Under the pieces are notes generated by a model. That model searched no databases. It saw only the letters and a list, made by a program, of their open reading frames with translations, and was not told the DNA's origin. 64,000 bases of DNA from Promethearchaeia archaeon. GTDB taxonomy: Archaea; Asgardarchaeota; Lokiarchaeia; Sigyniarchaeales; SOKP01. Shown in pieces: positions 50,637-59,870 of this stretch; positions within the stretch are counted from its first letter, which is position 1; each line of letters begins with the position of its first letter. Location of the stretch: assembly GCA_029856145.1 (NCBI GenBank), contig JAHQWK010000012.1, positions 32,001 through 96,000 on the forward strand, given 5' to 3'. A program made the position numbers and the translations under genes.

Positions 50637-52135
50637 GCAATATACCTTAATAATAAATCTTGAGTGTATTTTAAGAATCCTTTCAATTCTGTTTTTATCT
50701 TTTCTTTTTTATTTTCATCATCTACTAAAAATAAAAAGAACATAATATTATCTTCAATTTTAATTCTTTGAAAAATAATTACAGAATTAGCAACTTTAAA
50801 TACTGCCTCATCTTGCTTTAATGCTTTAAATTTTGCAAAGATTTTAAATAATACAGCAAATTGAGGTGCTGAAACTTCAAAAACATTAATTACTTCTGAT
50901 TTTGGAATTTTAGTTAATTCCATTGCCTGGTTACTGTAATAATCAGCAAGAACTAATCCATCAACACTTAGTAATTGTGTCAAATAAGTATCTGTCATTA
51001 ATGAAAAATTTTTTAGATTATGATTTATCAAATCTCTATTAGGACTTAACTTTGAGATTCCTGAAGAGAATGCGCGCAATATAGTAAAGATTTGAAATAT
51101 TGTTGTTATGTAGATTTCAATTAGTTCAAATTGGCTAATTTCCTTTAATTTACTTTCGATAAATTCAATATTATCTTTAATTTCTTCTGAATCTAAGATA
51201 TCTGAGTCTCCTTTTGATAATATATAGATAATTGGTGTAGTTTGATTAAATTCTTTTATAACATCTTTTAAATTTTGGAGGTATTCAATACTTTCATCGA
51301 ATCTAGATTTATTTTTAATATCTATAAAGTAAAACATTAAATCTGCTTCATATAAATAAATTTCCGCTTTATCAATGTATTTCTCTCGAAATCTTTTTTG
51401 TCCACCCAGATCCCATAGAAATATTGTTGCCCCTAAAGCCTCAATAGATTTAATACTTGCCCCTACTGTGGGTTTAAGTCCAATTAATTTACTATATTTG
51501 CGATCTACAGAAAGTAGAAAGCTAGTTTTCCCACTATCGTCTAATCCCGCCATTAAAATCTTCATCTTCCTATGAGTTGTAATAGGGGTAGAAGGACTCT
51601 GTTCAATTTCAATTATTTTTGATAAAAGGTCTTGAAATTTACTTTGAATATCTTCACGTGGGGGATATGAATTACTTATTTCTTCGTCAAAATTCGTGAA
51701 AAACTCAAAAACTACTGGTTTGATTCGATTTATGTTGTTATATAAAAAGCTACGCCTATTTTCTTCTACTAATATTGAAAATGCTGTAGGTACCGCAGCA
51801 CTTTCAGAATTTATTCTTATAAAATGAAAATATGTAAGTGAAGTTGTTTTAAAATCAGGATAAGGTAATATCGCAAAATATTGAATTTTTCGAAGATCTT
51901 TTTCTTCAGTAATTATTTTATCACTGATAAACAGACTTAAGTTTTTTATCGAAATTTGAGTTATATCCCTATACGATAAAATAAGATCATCTTGGTTCCT
52001 TTGCTCAATAGTAAGTTCCTTTAATTCTTTCTCGGTAATATAATTAGGGAAAGAGTAAATCGGGGAAGGTCCTAACTCACCATATACGCTAAAGATAAAT
52101 CCTTTGACAATTGAAGTTCTAAGTAATTCTTCCAT
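50633..52135 (-). CDS. uDENN/longin-like + Arf/Rag-like GTPase + roadblock domain protein
   Basis: N-terminal GELGPSP. G1 GLDDSGKTS, PTVG, WDLGGQ, atypical G4 SKGD. C-terminal roadblock-like LSPNRDLI...DGLVLADYY. Confidence 0.82.
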   Translation of the reverse strand: MEELLRTSIVKGFIFSVYGELGPSPIYSFPNYITEKELKELTIEQRNQDDLILSYRDITQISIKNLSLFISDKIITEEKDLRKIQYFAILPYPDFKTTSLTYFHFIRINSESAAVPTAFSILVEENRRSFLYNNINRIKPVVFEFFTNFDEEISNSYPPREDIQSKFQDLLSKIIEIEQSPSTPITTHRKMKILMAGLDDSGKTSFLLSVDRKYSKLIGLKPTVGASIKSIEALGATIFLWDLGGQKRFREKYIDKAEIYLYEADLMFYFIDIKNKSRFDESIEYLQNLKDVIKEFNQTTPIIYILSKGDSDILDSEEIKDNIEFIESKLKEISQFELIEIYITTIFQIFTILRAFSSGISKLSPNRDLINHNLKNFSLMTDTYLTQLLSVDGLVLADYYSNQAMELTKIPKSEVINVFEVSAPQFAVLFKIFAKFKALKQDEAVFKVANSVIIFQRIKIEDNIMFFLFLVDDENKKEKIKTELKGFLKYTQDLLLRYIA

Positions 52136-52229
52136 TCTTTTAATGTTTGAATTTTAAGTTTTTAATTAGTTAATTACTTAACTTAATTTAAGCAAATTTA
52201 ATTATTAATAGCTTTATATTTAAATATAG

Positions 52230-53192
52230 ATGTTTCTTAAAAATATCGCTGAAAGCATTAGGAATAACAAATATATCATAGAAAAGAAAGAGATTAATCC
52301 CATTGTTCAATTTATAGATGAAAATTCTTTTAAAAGTTCTAAGATATTTTCGGATATAGGTGAAGATGCTGCAGCTGTTAAAGATAATAAGAAATTAAAC
52401 TTAATCACAACTGATAGAATAAGGACTAAATTTATCGAAAATTTTCCATTTGGAGCAGGTTTTAGCTCAATTTTAGTCAGTGTTGATGATATTTATGCGT
52501 GTGGGGGTACTCCACTAGCAGCGAGTATAATTATTTCTGTAAAAGACCTTAGAACATGTAGTGAACTATTAAAAGGAATTTGTGAAGGTTCAAAAAAATT
52601 TCAAGTACCTATTATACGAGGTCATACTAATGTTCGTAGTAAATGCTATGAGTTAAGTTCTACTATGATTGGGGAAATAAATAAAGAAGATTATATTTCT
52701 GCAGGTGGTGCTCAAGTGAATGATAATATTATCCTTGCAGTTGACTTTGATGGAAAAATAGGAAAAGCTAGTAAATTATATTATGATACTACTACATATA
52801 AATCATCAGAAGAAGTTCTCAATAAAAGAAAAGCTATGAATGTTGTAGCAAATAAACATTTAGCTAATGCCTCAAAAGATGTCTCGAATGGAGGAATATT
52901 TGGAGCATTATTACAAATGATTAAATATTCAGAAGTAGGAGCTGATGTAAATGTTAACAAAATTAATATTCCTTCTATTTTAATTGAGAGTGATTATAAT
53001 TTAGAAACTTATATTCAAATGTATTTAACTACATCCTTTATATTAACTACTCCAGAAGATAATTGTAATAAAACAATTGAAATATTTAGAGAGCATAAAA
53101 TGAATGCTCAAGTAATAGGAAAAATTATTAAAGAAAAAAATCTTTTGAAAATAAACGATGGTAATGAATCAATTGATGTCATAAGATTTTAA
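52230..53192 (+). CDS. AIR synthase (PurM-like) related protein
   Basis: GEDAA, DDIYACGGTP, RGHT, ASKDVSNGG. Confidence 0.85.
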   Translation: MFLKNIAESIRNNKYIIEKKEINPIVQFIDENSFKSSKIFSDIGEDAAAVKDNKKLNLITTDRIRTKFIENFPFGAGFSSILVSVDDIYACGGTPLAASIIISVKDLRTCSELLKGICEGSKKFQVPIIRGHTNVRSKCYELSSTMIGEINKEDYISAGGAQVNDNIILAVDFDGKIGKASKLYYDTTTYKSSEEVLNKRKAMNVVANKHLANASKDVSNGGIFGALLQMIKYSEVGADVNVNKINIPSILIESDYNLETYIQMYLTTSFILTTPEDNCNKTIEIFREHKMNAQVIGKIIKEKNLLKINDGNESIDVIRF

Positions 53193-53277
53193 ATATTTTT
53201 AGTATAATCTAATCCTAATTCTCCAAGATAAGTGTGCTTATAATAATAAAAAAATAAAATAAAAGAGTAAGATTACT

Positions 53278-53838
53278 ATGAATTTTGATTTTAAAAATAA
53301 ATTTAATGGTGTTGTTTCAGTAATTGGAGCAAGTGATATTAATAAAGATATTAAAGATAAAACTATCGAAATTGGAAGATTGATTGCAAAAAATAATTAT
53401 GTTATAGTATGTGGGGGGCTATCAGGTGTAATGGAAGCAGTATGTAAAGGTGCGAAGGAAGAAGGAGGTTTTACTGTAGGTATAATCCCCTCGGCAGAGA
53501 AATCAATAGCAAATAAATATATAGATTTAGTCATTCCATGTCCCTTTTCACAAGCTAGAAATATAGTTGTCGTTCTAACAGGTGATGTATGTTTAGCTAT
53601 AAGTGGTAAAGCTGGTACTTTATCAGAGATTTCATTTGCTTGGATATATCTAAAACCAATTGTCGCATTGACAGATGTAGAGGGTTGGTCTTCAAAAATT
53701 GCCAATCAAAAATTAGATGATAGAAGGGCTGATATGATTTATGGAGTGAAATCACCTCAAGAGGCAATCGAAAAAATAAATGAATTATTTAAAAAAGATA
53801 AATTGAAGGGAGATTTAAGTTTTACCAATAATTTTTAA
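53278..53838 (+). CDS. TIGR00725/LOG-like Rossmann-fold nucleotide-binding protein
   Basis: CGGLSGVMEAVCKGA, ARN, GTLSEI. Confidence 0.88.
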   Translation: MNFDFKNKFNGVVSVIGASDINKDIKDKTIEIGRLIAKNNYVIVCGGLSGVMEAVCKGAKEEGGFTVGIIPSAEKSIANKYIDLVIPCPFSQARNIVVVLTGDVCLAISGKAGTLSEISFAWIYLKPIVALTDVEGWSSKIANQKLDDRRADMIYGVKSPQEAIEKINELFKKDKLKGDLSFTNNF

Positions 53839-54590
53839 ATTTTTTGCAATCTTAAAAAGAAATATTCTTCCTCTAATTCTTGCTCAATTATCTTAAATCT
53901 TACAGTTTTTGCTAATTCAATAAAATAATTAATATCTTGTTCTTTATTCCAACGTGTTCCATAACCTGTTATTATTTTTTTATTTTTCATTTGAATTTTC
54001 ATTGGAATTACATAAATTTCTTTCTTTTCATTTGTTTTTTTTGGAAGTTTTAAATCCCATAATACCAATTCCCCTTCTTCTCTTAATACTCTATAAATTT
54101 CCTTAAATACTTTTTTATGATCACTTTTAGGTATATACATTATTGAAAAAAAAGCTGTAACCATATCAAAAGTGTTATCCAGAAATTTTAAATCTTTAGC
54201 ATCCATTATGATTTTAAGGCTTTCAATATCACCTGCCTCAAGAGCTTCTTCAAGTTCACTTTTTCTGAAATCTATTGAAACAACATTGTCTCCTTTCAAT
54301 TGACCTATTATACCTTCTCCTCCACCACCTATATCTAGAATTCTCCCATTTAAGTTTATGTTATTTAAATTAATCTCTTGAGGATTGGTAAAAAAGATTT
54401 TGATCCCCTCTTTTTTTCCTACAAATTCCTCAATATTTTCCTTAGGAGCATACCACTCTTCTTCAATTTTTTTTCCTTTCAGTTTTCCAGTTTCTAAATG
54501 ATTTCTAATAGTATCTTCAGTTTCTCCGCTTATGAACATTTCTGCAATTTCTAAAATATCGTAATATCTGACGTTATTTATTTCTCTCAT
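53835..54590 (-). CDS. HTH (excisionase-like) fused to class I SAM-dependent methyltransferase
   Basis: N-terminus ETEDTIRNHLETGKLKGKKIEEEW, then ILDIGGGGEG, MDA, FD, RVL. Confidence 0.8.
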   Translation of the reverse strand: MREINNVRYYDILEIAEMFISGETEDTIRNHLETGKLKGKKIEEEWYAPKENIEEFVGKKEGIKIFFTNPQEINLNNINLNGRILDIGGGGEGIIGQLKGDNVVSIDFRKSELEEALEAGDIESLKIIMDAKDLKFLDNTFDMVTAFFSIMYIPKSDHKKVFKEIYRVLREEGELVLWDLKLPKKTNEKKEIYVIPMKIQMKNKKIITGYGTRWNKEQDINYFIELAKTVRFKIIEQELEEEYFFLRLQKI

Positions 54591-54752
54591 ATTTACCTTT
54601 AAAATAGAGCATTTATTTATTTTTTTTTATTTATTTACAATCTAAAATATAATGCAAAATCTAAATAAAGGATGTTATAATTTTTAATTTACAAAAAGAA
54701 TATATTTATATACCAATTACTTTTATAACTTTAAAGTAGGTGAAATTTAACT

Positions 54753-55718
54753 TTGGAAAAGAATCTTAAACAATCAATCTTGTATCTAAAGAAGGAGGAA
54801 CCCACAAAACCCGAAGTTTCAAAAATAATGTTCACAGGCCTCGATGATGCAGGCAAAACAAGTATAATTTTATCACTTCAAAGAGAATTTTCCAAGATTG
54901 CCATTTTATCTCCAACAAGAGGGGCTCAGAGAAGGATATTCGACTTTTTGGGTAAAGAAATTTCGGAATGGGATTTAGGTGGACAATTAGCTTATCGAAT
55001 AGCCTATTTAAAAAACCCTGGTAAATATTTTGAAGGAACAGAAATTGCAATCTATGTAATTGATATTCAAAATAAACCGAGAATCGCTGAAGCTATAAGC
55101 TATTTTAAAGATGTAATAGAACAATTTAAAAAATTGGAAATTGAACCACCAATATATGTATTTCTTCATAAATATGATCCTGCTCTAAGAAGGAGTGCTC
55201 AAAACGAAATGGAAGCCGTAGTAATAGATTTAAAAGACAAACTAAGAGCTACTAAATATAAAGAAATTTATTATTATGAAACATCTATTTATGATTTTGG
55301 CTCAATTATGACCGCTATGTCTGAAGTTCTATTAAGTTTATATCCAAAATCAGAATTAATAGAAAAAACCATTGTTGAATTCGCTAAAAAAGTAGATTCA
55401 GAAGGAGTTGTCGTGATTGATGATAATTCCCTTATAATCGGTTCATATTATAAAGATGATGAAACAAGACACCTCCTAACGGCTTCAACTCCCTATTTTC
55501 TTACATTGCACGATTCATTTCAATACACCGGAGTGGAAGAGAGACATGAGAATCGGATGATTGTCCAGCGTTTTGGGAAAAACTTTATATTTAAACAAAT
55601 CGTATTAAAAAAGGAATCATCACCATATTATCTACTACTTCTTAAAGAAGACCCCGTTTTTCATAAAGAAGATCTTGAATCTTTTGCGAATCTATTAAAG
55701 GAGATTCTCTATAAATAA
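54753..55718 (+). CDS. Rag/Gtr-like (Arf-related) small GTPase with C-terminal roadblock domain
   Basis: GLDDAGKTS, PTRG, WDLGGQ, Rag-type G4 HKYD and G5 TSIYD, followed by a roadblock-like tail. Confidence 0.88.
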   Translation: MEKNLKQSILYLKKEEPTKPEVSKIMFTGLDDAGKTSIILSLQREFSKIAILSPTRGAQRRIFDFLGKEISEWDLGGQLAYRIAYLKNPGKYFEGTEIAIYVIDIQNKPRIAEAISYFKDVIEQFKKLEIEPPIYVFLHKYDPALRRSAQNEMEAVVIDLKDKLRATKYKEIYYYETSIYDFGSIMTAMSEVLLSLYPKSELIEKTIVEFAKKVDSEGVVVIDDNSLIIGSYYKDDETRHLLTASTPYFLTLHDSFQYTGVEERHENRMIVQRFGKNFIFKQIVLKKESSPYYLLLLKEDPVFHKEDLESFANLLKEILYK

Positions 55719-55911
55719 GAGAATTGATTGTGTTTTAATTCCGTTTGAATACGTTGTATCTTAGTTTTCCTATTACTAACATTAATAAAACTAGATTTTT
55801 ACTTATATTTTATAGAATAAAATCAAAAAAAATATAATTTCACTTTGTATATAATAAAATAAAATTGAATGAAAAGATTGACCAAGATACTCGCATAGTG
55901 GAGAAAATATA

Positions 55912-56982
55912 TTGATTATATGTCAGAATTGTGGAACTACAAATAATGAAGCAATTACCAATACTTGTAGGACATGTGGAGCATTACTACCCGTCTCTTC
56001 GAAATCCTCAAGATCGAGAAGAATAAAAACAGATAAAAAAAAGAAAGAGAAACAAAAACCTACTGAGCAACCACCAATTGAATCTGGTGAATTGGAAGAT
56101 ATTGGAGAAGAAAAATTGGAGCTACAAGAAATTCCAAAAGAAGAAAAATTGATTGGTGAAGAAGTTGAATTACAAGAGATTCCGAAGCCTTCAATTGAAG
56201 AAGTTGAAAGTAAAACTCCTCCAAAAAAGGAAGAAGTATCTGAAGCAACTAAATCAGAAATTTTGCAAGAAATTCCTGCTCAACCTTATAGAGGGACTAT
56301 TTTAAACTCACAAAGGGGCTTTCAACCACCACCTCGCTCCACGAATGCTATATCGGATGCTTTTATGGAGCTTAAAAATTCTGTTATAGACGGTCAAGAG
56401 AAAAAGCAGTCAGTTCCATTAACACCAATACCCTCAGAAACTACTGAAAGTAATGCAGCTGTTTTAAGACAGAAACAATTAGAAAAAGACATGACTAAAG
56501 TGTTAGGCTTCCTTTCAAAAAAAATTTCAGTAAAGAAATTAGAAATTCCTGAATCTGCAACTACAGGGAAAATAAAACAAAAGGAAGAAATACCTCCTTC
56601 TAGCATGAATGAAATTTTAAAACGATTAATTACATTAGATCTGAACATTGAAGCATCAGCAATTATTAAAACGGATGGGACGATATTGGCTTCAGCAATA
56701 TCAAGTAGAATTTCTGATTCTTTATTTGCAACTATAGGAATGAATCTTTCTATGATGGGTTCAGATATAATTGAAGGATTAGATGCGGGTAAATTGAAGA
56801 CTATTTCCGTCCGTGGCTCAGAAGGAGTTTTAGACCTTGCTCCTATAGATAAAGAAGATCTAAGTGTTAAAGATATGATTTTAATAATACTAAGTCATCC
56901 AAAAACTAAAAGTGGAATAATATCATTTGCAGTTAACATAGTAAAAAAACAAATAAAAGAGTATTTAGGTTTACAAAAGTAA
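55912..56982 (+). CDS. Zinc ribbon + acidic low-complexity linker + roadblock/LC7 domain protein
   Basis: CQNCG...CRTCG, ELQEIP repeats, C-terminal IEASAIIKTDGTILAS roadblock signature. Confidence 0.82.
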   Translation: MIICQNCGTTNNEAITNTCRTCGALLPVSSKSSRSRRIKTDKKKKEKQKPTEQPPIESGELEDIGEEKLELQEIPKEEKLIGEEVELQEIPKPSIEEVESKTPPKKEEVSEATKSEILQEIPAQPYRGTILNSQRGFQPPPRSTNAISDAFMELKNSVIDGQEKKQSVPLTPIPSETTESNAAVLRQKQLEKDMTKVLGFLSKKISVKKLEIPESATTGKIKQKEEIPPSSMNEILKRLITLDLNIEASAIIKTDGTILASAISSRISDSLFATIGMNLSMMGSDIIEGLDAGKLKTISVRGSEGVLDLAPIDKEDLSVKDMILIILSHPKTKSGIISFAVNIVKKQIKEYLGLQK

Positions 56983-57016
56983 AGAGCTTATAAGGAAACA
57001 GATAAAACTGGATTCA

Positions 57017-57808
57017 TTATAACCTTTGTTGTATACTCAATTTATTAATTTTAACAATTTTGAAATAGCATAAATTTTTATGCAATTCTTGTAAAAATGA
57101 ATTCAATTCATAAATAGAAACCAGAGGAATTTGATTGCTATTAATTTTGATGCTATTGTCTTCAACGGTAACCATCATTGGTATTAAAAGAAATGGTAAT
57201 CTTTTTTTTAAGTCTACTTTTGTACCTAATGAATCTTGAATAATTCTTGAGAAAACTTCAGGATTTTTTTTCAGCGCGATAGCCCGCCGATATTGTAGAT
57301 CTGCCGCTTTATTGATCGAACTAAATGAGTCTTTCCGTTTCCACTGTTTTGCATCAATAAGTAACACATATTTTAAATTAATTCCAATAATATCAATTTC
57401 ATATTTTTTTTGAGAAGTTTTAAATTTAAAATTGGATTTATCTGAGAACCTAAAATTCCTAGTAGTTTCATAACCATTTTTTGAAAGAATTTTTTGTACA
57501 AAAATCTCAAAACCACTATAATTTAAAATCTCTGAGATTTGTCTTATATCTAGTTCTAAAATTTTGAAAGCTTCTGTAATAAATAAAATCTTATTTATTA
57601 CAATATAGAATTGATAATTGCCTTTTTTAAGAGAAATAAAATTGAAATTTCCTATAAATTCCTTTAGGTCAGAATCATTAAACTGATTTAAAAAGGGAAT
57701 TTTTGAAAATTCTAACCAAATTTCGATAACATCTGTATTAGTTTCTCTTAATATATGAAAGATTTCAACAAAAAATTGCTTTAATAAATTCTCAGTGAAG
57801 ACTTTCAT
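57017..57808 (-). CDS. PD-(D/E)XK restriction endonuclease-like (Mrr/NERD) protein
   Basis: FE...EIDII...IDAKQWK. Confidence 0.75.
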   Translation of the reverse strand: MKVFTENLLKQFFVEIFHILRETNTDVIEIWLEFSKIPFLNQFNDSDLKEFIGNFNFISLKKGNYQFYIVINKILFITEAFKILELDIRQISEILNYSGFEIFVQKILSKNGYETTRNFRFSDKSNFKFKTSQKKYEIDIIGINLKYVLLIDAKQWKRKDSFSSINKAADLQYRRAIALKKNPEVFSRIIQDSLGTKVDLKKRLPFLLIPMMVTVEDNSIKINSNQIPLVSIYELNSFLQELHKNLCYFKIVKINKLSIQQRL

Positions 57809-57916
57809 TATTTTTAATAAGGAAATTTAGAAAAATAAAACATGGAGAGTAAGAAAATTTTTAAATTTAATCAGTTAATAATTTTTTTTTTTAAGGTTTA
57901 GAGATATTATTAATCT

Positions 57917-59719
57917 ATGGACTTATTACCAAAAGTATTTAGAACTGAAGGGAATATTGCAGAATTTGATTCATCCAAAATTTTTGAAAGTATTTTAAAA
58001 GAAACAGGAATGAGTGAAAAAGATACTAAATATATAACAGAATTAGTAGTTAGAAGAATAATAAGCTCAGGTATTAAATTTCTTTCTGGACCTCATATAA
58101 GAGAAATTGTTTGTTCAATTCTTTCAGAACAACATTTTGAAAATGAACGTAAATTATATACAAGAATAGGAATGCCATTAATGGATTACGAAGAAATTCT
58201 TGAAAAAGGTCAAAGCGATAAACCACATGAACGTATAAATCCAGAAAAAATACAACATTGGGCTGCAAATCAAATAGCTGAAGAATATGCCCATTTAAGA
58301 ATATTAAAAAATGAGGAATCAAAAGCGCATCTTGCTGGTGATATCCATATTAATGGTTTAAATTATTTTGTTCTAAGACCATTCAGTCAAATATGGGATC
58401 CTCGACTTATTCTAAAACATGGACTTCCCTCAATGAAAAACTTGAAGGGATATTATAAGCATAATCCTGCAAAAAATCTAAATTCTGCCTTGTATCAATT
58501 AACTAAATGGTTGGAAATGATACAAGATGAATTTTATGGGAATCAAAGTTTTAATTTTATCAGTACTTTCTTAGCACCATATTTAGATGATTTATCTGAA
58601 GAAGAAATAATTAAAGAAATTCAGAGTTTTATTTACGAAAACAATCTATTGCCTCTTACAATCGGACGAAAAGCTCCCCAAATATCGATTTTTTCATCAA
58701 TTTCTGTTTTCAAAGAACTATTAGATATTCCAGCAATAGTCCCGGGTGGAAAAATCAAAAATGTGTATGGAAATTATCATAACCAATGTAATCAGTTGTT
58801 TAAAGCTTTATTACTAGTTTTTAAAGAGATATCTCAGAAATATCCCCTTCTTTCATTACCAAAACATTACATATTATTAGATTATAAATTTATGAATTTG
58901 ATTGAAAATATTTACCCTAAATTCTGGGACGAAAATGAGTTGATAAACTCCTCTTATTTTTTGAAATTTCATCCCAATTCCTATAGATTTAAAAATTTAG
59001 AATATTTGGTAAGCGAAAAATATCACAATTATGGTATACTTCAAAATATTAGCTTAAATTTACCCAGATATGCGTTTACCACGAAAGATGAAGATAGATT
59101 TTTGGCATTATTAAGATCAAAGTTAGATTTATGCTCAAATATTTTGTTAAAAAAATATGATATAATAAAGAAAAGAATCCATTCAAACCATTTACCACTT
59201 TGTGGCACTGTTATTAATGGAGAAACGATATTTAAATTAGAAAATCAAGGTTTATCAATTAGTTTAGTAGGGCTAAATGAAGCAATTAGATATTTGACTA
59301 ATTACGATCTCCATGAAAACTTAAAAACAATTGAATTCGGTAAGAAAATCTTAACTGAAATAAATCAATTATGTTCAGAATTATCTGAAGAATATGATAA
59401 AATATTTTTATTAAGTGAAAATCTTTCAGAAAAAGCTATAAATAGATTTACTCAATTAGATTTAAAACAATTTCCAAAGGAAGTAAGATTTGTTTCCAAT
59501 AATAAAAACTATACTAATTCTGTTCATTTCCGTGAAGATGCGGATATAGATTTATTAGATAGAGTGAAAATTCAAGAAGATTTTCATAAACTCATTCATA
59601 AAGGGGCAATTACCTATATCTCCTTAAAAGACTTAAAAAGAAGCGAATTAAAAATTAAAGATTTCTTAACAAAAATTGCTAAGGAATCAAGGATATCAAA
59701 TTTAAAATTTCATGCTTAA
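57917..59719 (+). CDS. ATP-cone + class III ribonucleotide reductase (NrdD)-like protein, degenerate
   Basis: ATP cone (VFRTEGNIAEFDSSKI), YTRIGMP, AHLAGDIHI, SLNLPR, VGLNEA, YTNSVH. No C-terminal Zn/glycyl-radical domain. Confidence 0.8.
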   Translation: MDLLPKVFRTEGNIAEFDSSKIFESILKETGMSEKDTKYITELVVRRIISSGIKFLSGPHIREIVCSILSEQHFENERKLYTRIGMPLMDYEEILEKGQSDKPHERINPEKIQHWAANQIAEEYAHLRILKNEESKAHLAGDIHINGLNYFVLRPFSQIWDPRLILKHGLPSMKNLKGYYKHNPAKNLNSALYQLTKWLEMIQDEFYGNQSFNFISTFLAPYLDDLSEEEIIKEIQSFIYENNLLPLTIGRKAPQISIFSSISVFKELLDIPAIVPGGKIKNVYGNYHNQCNQLFKALLLVFKEISQKYPLLSLPKHYILLDYKFMNLIENIYPKFWDENELINSSYFLKFHPNSYRFKNLEYLVSEKYHNYGILQNISLNLPRYAFTTKDEDRFLALLRSKLDLCSNILLKKYDIIKKRIHSNHLPLCGTVINGETIFKLENQGLSISLVGLNEAIRYLTNYDLHENLKTIEFGKKILTEINQLCSELSEEYDKIFLLSENLSEKAINRFTQLDLKQFPKEVRFVSNNKNYTNSVHFREDADIDLLDRVKIQEDFHKLIHKGAITYISLKDLKRSELKIKDFLTKIAKESRISNLKFHA

Positions 59720-59870
59720 ATAAATTAAATAGTTTAGTAAAAAAAGTATTTAATAAGAATAACTTTTTTGATAATAGTAAAGTAATATTAGGATTTTATA
59801 ATATTTTAAAATTAAAAACCTAATGAACTATAATAAAGTAAGAATTTCCTAAAAAATAAATGGGGATCAT

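Noticed and set aside
49734-53192. Methanogenesis locus (MtrH plus a methanogenesis-marker-like AIR synthase protein)
   Set aside because: No mcr or other mtr genes are present, and both families occur in non-methanogens.
57017-57808. Restriction-modification or defence island around the PD-(D/E)XK nuclease
   Set aside because: No DNA methyltransferase or other defence genes are adjacent, and the nearby SAM methyltransferases lack DNA-MTase catalytic motifs.
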